Position numbers and translations under genes: made by a program. A stretch of DNA of 64,000 nucleotides from a virus: the IMG/VR virus record IMGVR_UViG_3300027781_000009; one strand, given 5' to 3'. This document shows, one piece after another, positions 7,166-17,064 of the stretch. Each line of letters opens with the position of its first letter. Position 1 is the first letter of the stretch. The notes under the pieces are model-generated. The model saw only the letters and a list, made by a program, of their open reading frames with translations, was not told the origin of the DNA and searched no databases.

Positions 7166-8131
7166 TTAGTCGTTCATCACAAGGCCGACGGCATCGAGCG
7201 CTTCGTCCTCGACGGATGCGGCTGCGCCATTCGGTGCTGGCTGCTGCGCACCGATCGCATGCAGCGCACTGCGGATCGCATTGGCGACGTTGCGATCATC
7301 GGGGAGACACACTGCCGAACCGCCGTCGTACAGCCGCTGCTTTAACGCCGGAATCATCTGCGACACAATGTCCTCGACCGTGTGCCGATCGGCCAGAAGC
7401 TGCCGCATGATCTGCGGGAGCGACTTCGGCATCATCACCGGCATCATATGCACTGCCGTCGAGTGGTTTGGCGGCACCCACTGCGCTTCGGAGTCCTTGA
7501 TCAACATCTGTAGGCTCCAAAAGTCTGGATTGTCGTGCAGCGGCATCACCACCGGGATCTCGCAGCGCTCGGCTTCGGCAATCTCTCCGAGCGAGCCCTG
7601 CGAGTTTTCGTATCCTGGCAACACCAACACGAAGTCGCAGCGCCGCAGCAGCTCCTTCGTCCCTTCGAGCCAAAACGCATCGCTTTCGGTCCCGTGCATC
7701 TTGGCACCGATCGCATGGGGGACGAGCGGCATGGCCCCCATGCTTGCGATCTGGCGTCCGGCGGCTTCGGCGCGATGGACGTTCTCCGCGATCATCCAGC
7801 CGTCCTTGGCTCGAAACGGACCGGCCACGTACACCACCGGCATCCCGTTTTCGCTGCTCGGTGGCTGGCTTTTGATGAGCTGACGACGGACAAGATGCAC
7901 CGCTAGGCCGATCGGGCAGTGGGCGGCGTGGTTAAACCAATAGGTGGCCGGGTTGAAAGCACCGCCACACACAGAACACTGGTTCAAATCGCGCAGGGCA
8001 TCGCGTAACGCGGCAGCCGCATGTCCCCATGCCTGATAGGTGTCTAGGCGGTTCAGTAGCCGTTTGGACGCGGGTGCGGCGGATGTCTTGGTGTCGCCTG
8101 CTTTCTCGCTGAACTTGGTCTTATCGGTCAC
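7166..8131 (-). CDS. DUF4406/nucleoside 2-deoxyribosyltransferase-like domain protein
   Basis: VYVAGPF...LVPH...LLRRCDFVLVLPGYENSQGSLGE. Confidence 0.7.
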   Translation of the reverse strand: MTDKTKFSEKAGDTKTSAAPASKRLLNRLDTYQAWGHAAAALRDALRDLNQCSVCGGAFNPATYWFNHAAHCPIGLAVHLVRRQLIKSQPPSSENGMPVVYVAGPFRAKDGWMIAENVHRAEAAGRQIASMGAMPLVPHAIGAKMHGTESDAFWLEGTKELLRRCDFVLVLPGYENSQGSLGEIAEAERCEIPVVMPLHDNPDFWSLQMLIKDSEAQWVPPNHSTAVHMMPVMMPKSLPQIMRQLLADRHTVEDIVSQMIPALKQRLYDGGSAVCLPDDRNVANAIRSALHAIGAQQPAPNGAAASVEDEALDAVGLVMND

Positions 8132-8535
8132 GTTGGGTCTTCTTTCGTGGTCCATGCGCTCACCAGCTTGGCAACCGTGGGCCATAGCGGGCTAGCGTGG
8201 GTCAGCGCTTCGAGCGCCATCGAGAGCCGCCACCATTCCGTGGGTGTGGTCGGCGGGTAGGTGGTGATGTGTTCGATCTCGGCCTCGGCCAACGCTTCGG
8301 TCGGAGTTATCCAAAGAGTCACTCCGCACTCCTCGCAGTGCTCCCATGTGTCGCTGGGCGATGAGCTGCGATCTCGAATGGACTCCAGGCGCAGCGCCGC
8401 AATGCACGGCGGGCAGTACGCTTCGCCCTCGTCGAAAGTCGGCTTCAACTCTCGACACAAGTCCATCAGCAGCGGGGCCTTGGCTCGGCCCGCGATCTGC
8501 GCCTTCAGGTCGTCAATCTGGGCGATGGAGATCAT
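8128..8535 (-). CDS. hypothetical Zn-finger protein
   Basis: CPPC and CEEC; coupled stop/start. Confidence 0.6.
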   Translation of the reverse strand: MISIAQIDDLKAQIAGRAKAPLLMDLCRELKPTFDEGEAYCPPCIAALRLESIRDRSSSPSDTWEHCEECGVTLWITPTEALAEAEIEHITTYPPTTPTEWWRLSMALEALTHASPLWPTVAKLVSAWTTKEDPT

Positions 8536-10403
8536 AGTGCGTCCGGTCCCGGCACTGTCACTTCGGTTTCATCCGGCGGCGCGCAAGGCTCGCACAGCGT
8601 TGCGTCCCATCGACGCTCGGAACCTTCGTAATGCACGATGAATGCCAGGATCTGCGCGGGTTCCCCGTGTCGTGGCGTCTGGTTGGATTCTTTCATGCGG
8701 ACCCAGCCGGTGTGGCGAGCGGTCAGCAGGCTGTCACGCTCAGCGACTAGCGCCAACACTGCCTCTTCATCGGTCTGGCCTTCGTGCTCACCGAGAGCTT
8801 TGGCGATAGCTTCAATCTCGCCGTGCTTTTGCAACAAGCTTTCTTTGTAATGCTTGGAAATACCTTTCAATTCCAGCACTTCGAGGCGCAGCACGACGCA
8901 CTCGCCTTTCAGTCTCTCCACCTCTGCGTTACAAACTCGACGTGCAGCAGCGAGAAGTGTTTCGCCCTTCCGTTGCCCCAGCTCAAACCCAAGTTCGGCA
9001 ACGTCCACTTTGCGTGCGCTCTTCTCTGTATCCAATTCGGCGCGCAGCAGCGTCACTTCGTCGCGCAGCGAGTCGCGCTCAACCCGCAGTTGGTCGCGCT
9101 GCTCGCGTGCTGTATCGAGATCGCGGTCGGCGCGGGTGATTGCGTCGTTCAGCGTCTCACCAGGCAGACACGCATTGCGCCGGGCTTTTTCGAGTTCCTC
9201 GAAGTACGCACGCGATTCTGCTTCCGATTCGGTCAGCAGTTGGCTCAGACGAGTCGCTTCGTCTTGCATGTGTTCCACGACCCGATCGTGATGCGCCTGG
9301 AGTGCTTCAAGCGTTGGTGGATTGCAGGGCTTGCAGTGTCCGAAGCTCCAAACCTCTACGACCTTTGACCCCAAAAACCGAATTCCGTATTGAGAGCCCT
9401 CGACGTCGACTTCCACGACCTGAGCTGCTTGTTTCCAGTCCTTGGCTACCCACTCCCCAACGGAGACAGGGTGATTTCTGGTTGTCGACTCGCTCTTCGG
9501 AGTCGTCGCACTCTGCGCCTTCAGCCGATCCACTTCGATCTGAGCAAAGTCGGCTCTCTGAATCGAGGCCCGCCATTTCTCCTGAAGCGCCGCCACTTCC
9601 TCCCGCAGTTTGGTATTCGCGTTCCGCAGCTCGTCGTTCTCGATGAGCTGGTCGCGTGGAGCAACGACCAACTGACCAATCGCTGCTCGCTCCGCCGTGT
9701 CTGCGAGCTGCTGCTGGAGCGTATTCACCAACCCGCGTAACTTGATGATCTGTTCCGACGGGACCATTCCCCCTTCGCAGAGTTCCATGGCCGCCTCATA
9801 CAGCCGCAGTGTGTTGCGGTTTGCTTGCAGATTCTTCATGTGTTCACTGAGCCATCGATTTAGCGCTTCGTCGATGGACTCGCCCTGCTTCGAGCCAAGC
9901 CGGTGCAGCACCTTTTCCGTGGACTGGCTCCATGTTGCGATTGCCTGGCGGGAATTTTCGAGCTCGACGTTCAGAGTATCGACCTCTACGCGCAAAAACT
10001 TGATCTGCTCAGCCGGGTTCTTGCCCTCGTCTTCGTGGCACAGTGCCAGCGCTTCGTCGTACGCCTTCGAAACGATGTTCAGCTTTGTCGTCGCGTGTGT
10101 GGCTTCGACTTGAGCTTGCTGCAATTTCACGCGGAGCGCGTTCTGTTGTTCCTCTGCGTCGACCGCTGACAGCTTTTCAACAAACACAGAGGTGTTTTTC
10201 AGCCGTGCCAGTTCCATCATGACCCGTCGAGCAGCGTCATAAACTGTCTCGGTCGGCGTTTTTCGAATCAGGACCGCACCCACTTCCTCCAGGCGCTTCA
10301 CATGCGCTGCAAGCTCTTGGCCGTGCTCGACGATCATCCGTTGCTTCATCTTCGTCTCTTGCCGAACGATCTCGGCGAATCCCATCATCTCTGCCTTGCG
10401 CAT
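8532..10403 (-). CDS. long coiled-coil protein with internal repeats
   Basis: 623 aa, E/L/A/R-rich heptads. Confidence 0.75.
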   Translation of the reverse strand: MRKAEMMGFAEIVRQETKMKQRMIVEHGQELAAHVKRLEEVGAVLIRKTPTETVYDAARRVMMELARLKNTSVFVEKLSAVDAEEQQNALRVKLQQAQVEATHATTKLNIVSKAYDEALALCHEDEGKNPAEQIKFLRVEVDTLNVELENSRQAIATWSQSTEKVLHRLGSKQGESIDEALNRWLSEHMKNLQANRNTLRLYEAAMELCEGGMVPSEQIIKLRGLVNTLQQQLADTAERAAIGQLVVAPRDQLIENDELRNANTKLREEVAALQEKWRASIQRADFAQIEVDRLKAQSATTPKSESTTRNHPVSVGEWVAKDWKQAAQVVEVDVEGSQYGIRFLGSKVVEVWSFGHCKPCNPPTLEALQAHHDRVVEHMQDEATRLSQLLTESEAESRAYFEELEKARRNACLPGETLNDAITRADRDLDTAREQRDQLRVERDSLRDEVTLLRAELDTEKSARKVDVAELGFELGQRKGETLLAAARRVCNAEVERLKGECVVLRLEVLELKGISKHYKESLLQKHGEIEAIAKALGEHEGQTDEEAVLALVAERDSLLTARHTGWVRMKESNQTPRHGEPAQILAFIVHYEGSERRWDATLCEPCAPPDETEVTVPGPDAL

Positions 10404-10424
10404 CGTCTGCTTCCTCTCTCGGTT

Positions 10425-11354
10425 TTAGGTTTCTGGAAACTCACGCACGCGGAGCTGCTCGGGCCACTCCGCCATGTCATCGCCCTTAGTCGCTGTCACT
10501 GGCCCCCATCCGCTGCCGCTCCGCAGCGTAGGGTTTGACCCGAACTGCTTGACGAACACCGGGGTCTTCGCCGCCTTGCACTGCTCGACCACTTGAGTCG
10601 CCCAGGCCGGATTAAATGGCCGTGCGCCGGTACCGCTTTCCCCTCCGACGATGAGCCAGTCGATGAAGCGCGCATTCGCGTGAACCAGTTTTTGCGGCTC
10701 TCGCTTGGCGAAGGCACCGGCCTTCAGTGCATCCTCTGGCGTCTTATACTGAGCGTCCCACGACCAATGCACCGGCCACAGCCACTCTTCAAAATCCACG
10801 GCCTCTAGCGCTGGCTCGTAGCTGACAAACCGGATCTTAGACGGTAGCATCACCAGGTGGGGAAGTCGCTTCTCTGCCTGCTCTTGGTTTTCGACGGTGG
10901 TTCCAAGCCAGATGTTCGACGGCAAACGGAGCATGCTCTTGTCTGGCATTCCCCATCGGTCCATCAGCATGCGCTTCATGTTCTCGGGCCGCTTGGTGAG
11001 GAGCAGCCAGTCAAGACTCGGCGTGGCTTCAATCAGCGCCCACAGCCGATCTCTGGCTTCCATCACCCGCGCCGCGTCCGGCCCCTGGTAGTCTTCAAAG
11101 ACATCGGCCATCGACGCGCAGAACACCCGCTCGCGCACGCCCTTGTCTGCTGCTCGTTTGTTCCACAGCAGCGGCTTACGCCACAGTGCTTCCGACGCAA
11201 TCTTCCGCTCCGCATCCTGCCCCCACACTGGCATCCGCAGCCGACCCGTCGCAAACTTCTCGGCGTAGCAGTTCTTGCAACCGGGGCTCACCTTCACACA
11301 GCCCCACCACGGGTTGAAGGTGTGATTCGTCCAAGCGATCTTTGAGTTCTCCAT
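10425..11354 (-). CDS. phage Gp37/Gp68 (DUF5131) family protein
   Basis: SKIAWTNHTFNPWWGCVKVSPGCKNCYAE, SMADVF, LLTKRP, RFVSYEP, WLIVGGESG, FVKQ. Confidence 0.9.
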   Translation of the reverse strand: MENSKIAWTNHTFNPWWGCVKVSPGCKNCYAEKFATGRLRMPVWGQDAERKIASEALWRKPLLWNKRAADKGVRERVFCASMADVFEDYQGPDAARVMEARDRLWALIEATPSLDWLLLTKRPENMKRMLMDRWGMPDKSMLRLPSNIWLGTTVENQEQAEKRLPHLVMLPSKIRFVSYEPALEAVDFEEWLWPVHWSWDAQYKTPEDALKAGAFAKREPQKLVHANARFIDWLIVGGESGTGARPFNPAWATQVVEQCKAAKTPVFVKQFGSNPTLRSGSGWGPVTATKGDDMAEWPEQLRVREFPET

Positions 11355-11599
11355 CGTCCTGTGCCTCTAGCTTTCTCGTCTCTGCCATGATGGTTCCGGG
11401 TTTGACGCCGACGAAGTGCTCGATGTTGGCGAGAAAATGAGCTGCTATTCGCTGCTGACCCGGTTTCCATCAGGGCGATGTAGCCGCGTGTCGTTTTCAG
11501 ATCTGCGGCCAATTCGTGTTGCTTCATCCGCGCAGCCTTGCGGAATTTCTGAATAACGCGCCCCATCAAACGGTAGTAGGGGTTGGTGTTGCCGCTCAT
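11294..11599 (-). pseudogene. XRE-type HTH regulator, apparently frameshifted
   Basis: RKAARMKQHELAADLKTTRGYIALMETG; plausible C-terminus continues in another frame after about 11458. Confidence 0.55.
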
Positions 11600-11919
11600 G
11601 ACAGCGCCTTCCGTACCTGTCGTTTGGCAGTTATCACCGCATCCGATTCGGAATACAGCGTTCCCACCTTGCGCAGCTCCTTGCGGTACGCCGTGATTAC
11701 CACGCTCAACTCGCGCCAGTCATACAACGCAAAGTCGATTAGCCAGTTCACCCGGACTTCTTGCGCTCTCACATAAGCGTACGACGATTTGCCCACTGAT
11801 TTTGGGATAGCACCAAAATTGGTGGTGATTTCGCCGCTTGACCACAGCTTGATCACTACGTCGTCGGCAGTCCGTCGAGTTGCGACGACGTGTTTTGGGC
11901 GCTCGTTACAGGTACACAT
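11596..11919 (-). CDS. hypothetical protein
   Basis: GAGG SD upstream of MCTC; coupled to next gene. Confidence 0.55.
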   Translation of the reverse strand: MCTCNERPKHVVATRRTADDVVIKLWSSGEITTNFGAIPKSVGKSSYAYVRAQEVRVNWLIDFALYDWRELSVVITAYRKELRKVGTLYSESDAVITAKRQVRKALS

Positions 11920-11950
11920 TGACCCTCTGTTTTGTCTAAATTGCAGTCGT

Positions 11951-12490
11951 TTAGACACGCAAAGCGGGCGGCATTCCTGGCACCTCTGGAATGCCCTGCC
12001 CAGCGCTCGTTCCGCGATGTCGCCGTGCAAATGCAGCTCGCCCGCGCACCACACCCAGGCTTGCCGCCCAGCTTCCCTTGTCGTGCTTGCGCTGCGAGCG
12101 CAGCCAGTTGCGCCACGCTCGGCGTCCGTTCGCACCGGGCCACAGCTCGATTTGGCCGTCGCCGCCGCAGATCGGCTTGGGCCATTCCACAATGTTGACG
12201 CCAAGCCCGTAGACAGCTCGCTCTACGAAGGCGATGGCTCCCGCTGGAATCGTCCGGCCATCCTTGGTCCGGTGCTCTGGGAGCGGTTCCAAACCGGACA
12301 CCGGAACCGCTGGCTGCTGTCCGGCTTCCCATTCCTGGCAGTGCTGCTTGTGCAGCGCTCGCTCCGCTTCTGTGGAGCATTCTGGGTCTGGCGAAAACTT
12401 GCGCGGGTCGCCACCGAGAAAGCTCCCATAACTAAGATCGGGTTCTAGCTGGCAGGCTTGGCAGCCGTGACATCGGATCGTCGTGCGCAT
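11951..12490 (-). CDS. hypothetical protein
   Basis: AGGAG SD upstream. Confidence 0.5.
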   Translation of the reverse strand: MRTTIRCHGCQACQLEPDLSYGSFLGGDPRKFSPDPECSTEAERALHKQHCQEWEAGQQPAVPVSGLEPLPEHRTKDGRTIPAGAIAFVERAVYGLGVNIVEWPKPICGGDGQIELWPGANGRRAWRNWLRSQRKHDKGSWAASLGVVRGRAAFARRHRGTSAGQGIPEVPGMPPALRV

Positions 12491-12515
12491 TGAGTGCTCC
12501 TGTGTGTGGTCGCAG

Positions 12516-12923
12516 TTACTTGTTCGCGGGGCACTCGCCAGCGCACTTGCTGTCCTGAGTGCTGCCGCAGTCGCCGCAAGCGTCGGAATAGGACTCCGTT
12601 GGCGCTGGCTTCGGCCCTGTTCGCGGCCACCAGCTTCGCTCTGCTAACCACTGCTCGGCCTTTGTGACCGCTTCCGTGGCTTCTGCGGCAAGCTTCTCGG
12701 ATGCAAACTTCACGTCGTCTGTCTGGTGCGTGTTCAGCACCTTCAGCAGATCCAACGTGTGTTCCTTGGCTTCAACGACTTCGCTGATGTAGTCGCGTGC
12801 AAACTGCAACATGCTCACGGTGCTGAGTTCTGTCGGAAGCGGTGGGACCGGCACTTGCGACAGCTCCCATAGCACCGACAGCACCTTGTTTCGCACCGAT
12901 GCCGGTAAACAGATCGACTTCAT
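12516..12923 (-). CDS. hypothetical protein
   Basis: ATGA coupling with upstream gene. Confidence 0.55.
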   Translation of the reverse strand: MKSICLPASVRNKVLSVLWELSQVPVPPLPTELSTVSMLQFARDYISEVVEAKEHTLDLLKVLNTHQTDDVKFASEKLAAEATEAVTKAEQWLAERSWWPRTGPKPAPTESYSDACGDCGSTQDSKCAGECPANK

Positions 12924-13450
12924 GATCGCTCCGCATTCCGCTGTTTCCGCATCTCGTCGTGTTCCCGCCACAGTAGATGCGCGTCAAAGGCTCGTGCATG
13001 GTCCTCTGATAGCCAGTCGTAGCCCATCAGCCGAGCCGCTTGAGCTGTGTGCTCATAGCAGAGATAGCCGCCTGTTCCATCACCCCAATCTTCGTCGGTG
13101 CATCCGATGCTTGGTTTTCCGCATTCACCACGGCAACACGCATGAGAGTTTCCGTGCTTGCTCGGTTTGACGCCAAGTCCATCGCAGAACTGCTCAGGAG
13201 ATTGCACTGTGCTGTCAAGATATCGGTCGCACGCTTTGCAGCCAGGGCACGGCTTAATCCGTTCACCGACGCGCCACAGGCGACCAAATGGGTCATCCTG
13301 ACCTGGAACGCCGGTTGATTTGAATAGACGGCGCAGACGCTTTCGCATGGATTGACTCATGCCAACCAACGTCGGTGCCCAATACAATCCGAGCTTGAAC
13401 CGTTCGACCGACTTCGGTGAGCACCGACTGCCAACCTTCGTGACGATCAT
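12920..13450 (-). CDS. Cys-rich hypothetical protein
   Basis: ATGA coupling; CxxC motifs. Confidence 0.5.
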   Translation of the reverse strand: MIVTKVGSRCSPKSVERFKLGLYWAPTLVGMSQSMRKRLRRLFKSTGVPGQDDPFGRLWRVGERIKPCPGCKACDRYLDSTVQSPEQFCDGLGVKPSKHGNSHACCRGECGKPSIGCTDEDWGDGTGGYLCYEHTAQAARLMGYDWLSEDHARAFDAHLLWREHDEMRKQRNAERS

Positions 13451-14034
13451 TTCTCTGACCAATCCCCGCCCCACACAAAGTGCTGGGCAGAAGCGTATGC
13501 AGTCCCGTTGAATCCGCAGCCCTTCGCGCACTCCCCATGCAGGCGAGGCCAGCGCTTGCGGATCGCGTGCGGCTGCATGGTCAGGGCTGCCTGCTCGTCA
13601 AACTCGATGCCGTGGTCACAGGTCGGTGCCTGTGGCGCGTCGTCCGTGTCGATATACTCAGCAATCAATTTTTGGATTCGCTTCTGCGACCGTGCGATCG
13701 TGCGCCGCTCGGCCCGAATCAAGCCTTCCGCCCACAGCCGATCGAGCAGCTCCGCGTTGGCTCGACACCACTCGATGACCTTGCGCTTTTCCTCCCGCGA
13801 GGTATCGATCCAAGCCTTCTCTAGCTTGTCCGAAATTGCCTCGACGACTTCCGACGGAGGTCGATTCTCAATGTCCGGCTCTTTGCCCTCGTTCCAGCTT
13901 TCGGCCAAGAACTTCATCGGTGCGCCATCGGGCAGCCACACACGAATGCACACGTACTGCTTTGTAGGGTCGAACAGGTTCCCGTTATGGGTGTAGCTGT
14001 CGACCGATACCGAACGCTCTGGAGAGTAGCTCAT
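13447..14034 (-). CDS. hypothetical protein
   Basis: SD-led co-oriented ORF. Confidence 0.65.
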   Translation of the reverse strand: MSYSPERSVSVDSYTHNGNLFDPTKQYVCIRVWLPDGAPMKFLAESWNEGKEPDIENRPPSEVVEAISDKLEKAWIDTSREEKRKVIEWCRANAELLDRLWAEGLIRAERRTIARSQKRIQKLIAEYIDTDDAPQAPTCDHGIEFDEQAALTMQPHAIRKRWPRLHGECAKGCGFNGTAYASAQHFVWGGDWSEK

Positions 14035-14049
14035 CGTCCCATCCCTTTC

Positions 14050-14922
14050 CTATGCGACCAGTTCTGCCTTTGGTCGCTTCATGATTGCGAGGTGGGCATC
14101 CCGCCCTGGCCGTAGCTGCGCCGTCACCTTGACCCGCTTCCCCAACAGCTCATGCAGGCGACCCCTGTCTCCGACTGGCATGCTTTGGAGCAGCGCGCTT
14201 GGCACCGTGCCCCATGCCATCCAGTAGCCTACCGGCGTGGTGATCTTGATGGTCCACCGATACTGGGTCGAGCCGTACGGTCCGTCCTCGCTTTTGGCCG
14301 ACACCACCACCCCGGCAAACGTCTGCTTTGCCGCTCGTTCGATGGGAACCGTCATCGGCGGCAGCTCAGCGGGCGCTGCGGCCCGGCCCTGTTCCTCTGC
14401 GTAGATCTTCAGCGCCAGCTCCACGGCCTTTGGCGACAGCTCGCAGTAGGCTTGGAAGCGTGCCGACAGGTCACACAAAATGGAGTGCCGGCCTTCCGCA
14501 AGCGCTTCCCGTAGCCCTGGGTGCTCGGCAAGGAATCGCTCCCGAGCCGTTGTGTTGAGCTTGGCGCGAGCCTTGCTTTTGGCTGCGCGCTTGGCGCGGT
14601 CCCGCTGCAACTCGAATGCGCTCAGGTCGACCATCAGGCCGTACTTCTCGGCGCAGTTGTGACCGATGTGGATGTGCTCACCGCTCGCGGTATGCTTCCA
14701 GACCTCGCCGGTTTTATACGGCGTTCCGCAGACCGAGCACTTGCCGAGCCCGCCGACCGTCGCAAACTTCGCACCGCTTGCCCGCAGATCCATCACAACA
14801 TCGATGTTGATGGGCGGCACCGGCCACCCGTCCTCGATGGTTTCAAGTTGGTAGGCAACTACAAACTCGTAGTCACCGGGGACGATGGCGGAGGGTCGGT
14901 GAATGTCGCTGCGCTGGGTCAC
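14050..14922 (-). CDS. hypothetical protein with Zn-finger and C-terminal OB-fold-like region
   Basis: CSVCG...IGHNC; beta-rich C-terminus (FAGVVVSAKSEDGPYG...KRVKVTAQL). Confidence 0.6.
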   Translation of the reverse strand: MTQRSDIHRPSAIVPGDYEFVVAYQLETIEDGWPVPPINIDVVMDLRASGAKFATVGGLGKCSVCGTPYKTGEVWKHTASGEHIHIGHNCAEKYGLMVDLSAFELQRDRAKRAAKSKARAKLNTTARERFLAEHPGLREALAEGRHSILCDLSARFQAYCELSPKAVELALKIYAEEQGRAAAPAELPPMTVPIERAAKQTFAGVVVSAKSEDGPYGSTQYRWTIKITTPVGYWMAWGTVPSALLQSMPVGDRGRLHELLGKRVKVTAQLRPGRDAHLAIMKRPKAELVA

Positions 14923-14928
14923 GCCAAA

Positions 14929-14957
14929 TGAATAATGCGCGCAGCAATTTAGCGCAA
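14929..14957 (-). promoter_or_regulatory. Promoter family member TTGCGC-N17-TATTCA
   Basis: Same architecture as 7028. Confidence 0.7.
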
Positions 14958-14992
14958 CATTTATTTTTGCCGCTGCGCGATCCTGCCGACGT

Positions 14993-15544
14993 TTATTGCC
15001 CGCACTCCTCGGTGTCCACGCCACCGGCCTGACAAATGAAGGCCACATCCGCAGCGCTGAATCGGCGCGGTACCGGGCGCTGGTCGAGCTGCGAGCCGGA
15101 CATCAGCACATCGGGCCCCGGTGCCAAGTGGTCGGGGTTTCCAAGGACGTGTCCCAGCTCGTGCTTGATCACTCCATCGGCGGCAACCGCTGCCCCCAAA
15201 TCGGCAACCGGGCGAGCTGCGCGGTTACAGACGTGGATCGTTCTGTATTCGCTTTGCAGCACGTACGCCACGGTCGCTGGCGAGCAGCTTCGACAAATGC
15301 ACTTCTCGACCACTTCTACCGCAATCCATTGCCCCCACACAGGCTGCTCTGTCACGGTCAGTCCAAACTGCGCGGCACCTTCCCGCAGTGCGCGCACCAC
15401 TTCGCTTTTGGGAATCGGCACCAGCTCGCCGACAGTTACCTGAATCTGCGTGCCTGGCTTCCATCGCTGCCCAGTGGGGCTTCCAGCTCCGCAAGCAATG
15501 GAGAGCGCGGTCAGTGTGGCAAGGGCTCGTAGGTGTAGCGACAT
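14993..15544 (-). CDS. lipoprotein zinc metallopeptidase (metzincin/matrixin-like)
   Basis: Lipobox LSIAC; HELGHVLGNPDH; Met-turn VLMS. Confidence 0.75.
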   Translation of the reverse strand: MSLHLRALATLTALSIACGAGSPTGQRWKPGTQIQVTVGELVPIPKSEVVRALREGAAQFGLTVTEQPVWGQWIAVEVVEKCICRSCSPATVAYVLQSEYRTIHVCNRAARPVADLGAAVAADGVIKHELGHVLGNPDHLAPGPDVLMSGSQLDQRPVPRRFSAADVAFICQAGGVDTEECGQ

Positions 15545-15560
15545 GAACGCCAATCCTACA

Positions 15561-15603
15561 GAAAAGCGAAGGCCCGCGAGCCGATGCGTGCTCGCGGGCC
15601 TTC
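15561..15603 (-). terminator. Rho-independent terminator-like hairpin
   Basis: 14-bp perfect stem GAAGGCCCGCGAGC, followed by GCUUUUCU on the minus strand. Confidence 0.65.
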
Positions 15604-15680
15604 ATGTGCCGCTTGGGTGCCAACGGCACATTTAGGAGCGACCTCACGCTAGGTCAGGCCGCTCAGGAGTGCAAGAGGGT

Positions 15681-16124
15681 TCAGTTGCCGCGCTTCCACA
15701 GGTTGTAGGGCAGCGCCACCAGCTTATACAGATTCCCTTGCTCAGCAGGACCGGCGGCAGCAGGCGAGGAAACCGGCTCCTTGACGAGTTCAAGGGCGTA
15801 GACCTCGACCGTGCTTTTGCCAGCCGCCCAGACCTTCTTAGGGTTCACATTGGTCTGGTCTGTCTTCTCTTCGTACCAGCAGCCCTGGTACTTGAGATAG
15901 CCGCGCTTCGTCTGCGGCACGTCCTTCGGCGCAATTCGAATCAGTTGAGAGTTGTCCTTTGAGACGACTCCTTTCAGTTCTTCGATGTCTGTTTGCAGTA
16001 CCAATGCCGTTCCGCAGTCGGACATTGCGTTGACCATAGGCGCGGTGTTCACCCCGCCCGAGGTTCCGGCGCATCCGCCGGACAGTAGTGCAAACAGAGC
16101 TAGGTACTTGATGGACGATTTCAT
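15681..16124 (-). CDS. lipoprotein
   Basis: MKSSIKYLALFALLSGGC signal/lipobox; AGGAGG SD. Confidence 0.75.
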   Translation of the reverse strand: MKSSIKYLALFALLSGGCAGTSGGVNTAPMVNAMSDCGTALVLQTDIEELKGVVSKDNSQLIRIAPKDVPQTKRGYLKYQGCWYEEKTDQTNVNPKKVWAAGKSTVEVYALELVKEPVSSPAAAGPAEQGNLYKLVALPYNLWKRGN

Positions 16125-16420
16125 TCTGGGATCTCCTCCTGTTGAGGCTCGGGTATATCACGCCGAGCTTTGACGGGAAGCGCCCAGATTTCTCAGCGAC
16201 CCTGCCGCAAGTCCAGCAGCGCCGCCGTCCCCCACAGTAGAGGACACATTCCTAAGCCTATCAGTTGGTACAGCACGTTGTTTCTCGTCGGCATCAACGC
16301 CGATGTGTTGGCCCCCATAAAAGACAAAAGCCGAGTGGGATGGGTCCACTCGGCTTCTGCCTTCAGTCGTGTCTTGGTGAGCGACGACTTGACAGACACT
16401 ACTCGCGCTCTGTGCGCTGG

Positions 16421-16693
16421 TCAAGCCCCGCTGAGCAGTCTGTATGTGAGCAGCGGCCCACAGGCGAGCGCATGCACCAGCATCCACATGCCGATCATCA
16501 GAAAGCACAGCCGGAACAGGAGGGCGGTAGCTTTCGGTATTCCACCGAGCCGATTCGACACAAGCGCTGCGCTGGTGAGGCTTGCGAGCACCAGCGATAG
16601 AGTTCGGAGTACCAGTAGCCAAGTCGGGCTTGCGCTCCAGACCTCCGCCAGTACCGCAAAGTGATGGTTCATTTCTAGTAGCACCGGGCTCAT
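16421..16693 (-). CDS. small membrane protein
   Basis: Two hydrophobic segments; ATGA coupling. Confidence 0.5.
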   Translation of the reverse strand: MSPVLLEMNHHFAVLAEVWSASPTWLLVLRTLSLVLASLTSAALVSNRLGGIPKATALLFRLCFLMIGMWMLVHALACGPLLTYRLLSGA

Positions 16694-17064
16694 GCTCTCT
16701 CTCCTCGTTCCCCTCGGTATTGCGCACCGAGTTTTTGGAGCACATCGGCCAGTATCAGCCGATGGCATCGAGTTCCGACAAACGCCAGATCGCAGTAGCA
16801 ACAGAGCGTCACTTCCTCCCGCGCAAGTAGCTCCAGCCACTGCGGACGGTTCGCTCGGTAGCTGGCGCGCAGCTCGGCCAAGTACGCCTGCTCGTACGCT
16901 TCCCAGCTTTCCGGTGTCTCTTTGCCAGCGCGGCGTGCGCTGATTACCGGAAGCAGAATCGACCAGGATGGCGCGAGCAGTAGGCCCACTCCTTTGCCTG
17001 ACTTGCGGGTCACGTCGAGCCGGTCAGCTCCCCCGTAGTCGACCCGCGCCGTGTAGAGGATCAT
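16690..17064 (-). CDS. DUF488-like protein
   Basis: LAPSW...YEQAYLAEL...TLCCYC...CHRLILA. Confidence 0.7.
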   Translation of the reverse strand: MILYTARVDYGGADRLDVTRKSGKGVGLLLAPSWSILLPVISARRAGKETPESWEAYEQAYLAELRASYRANRPQWLELLAREEVTLCCYCDLAFVGTRCHRLILADVLQKLGAQYRGERGERA

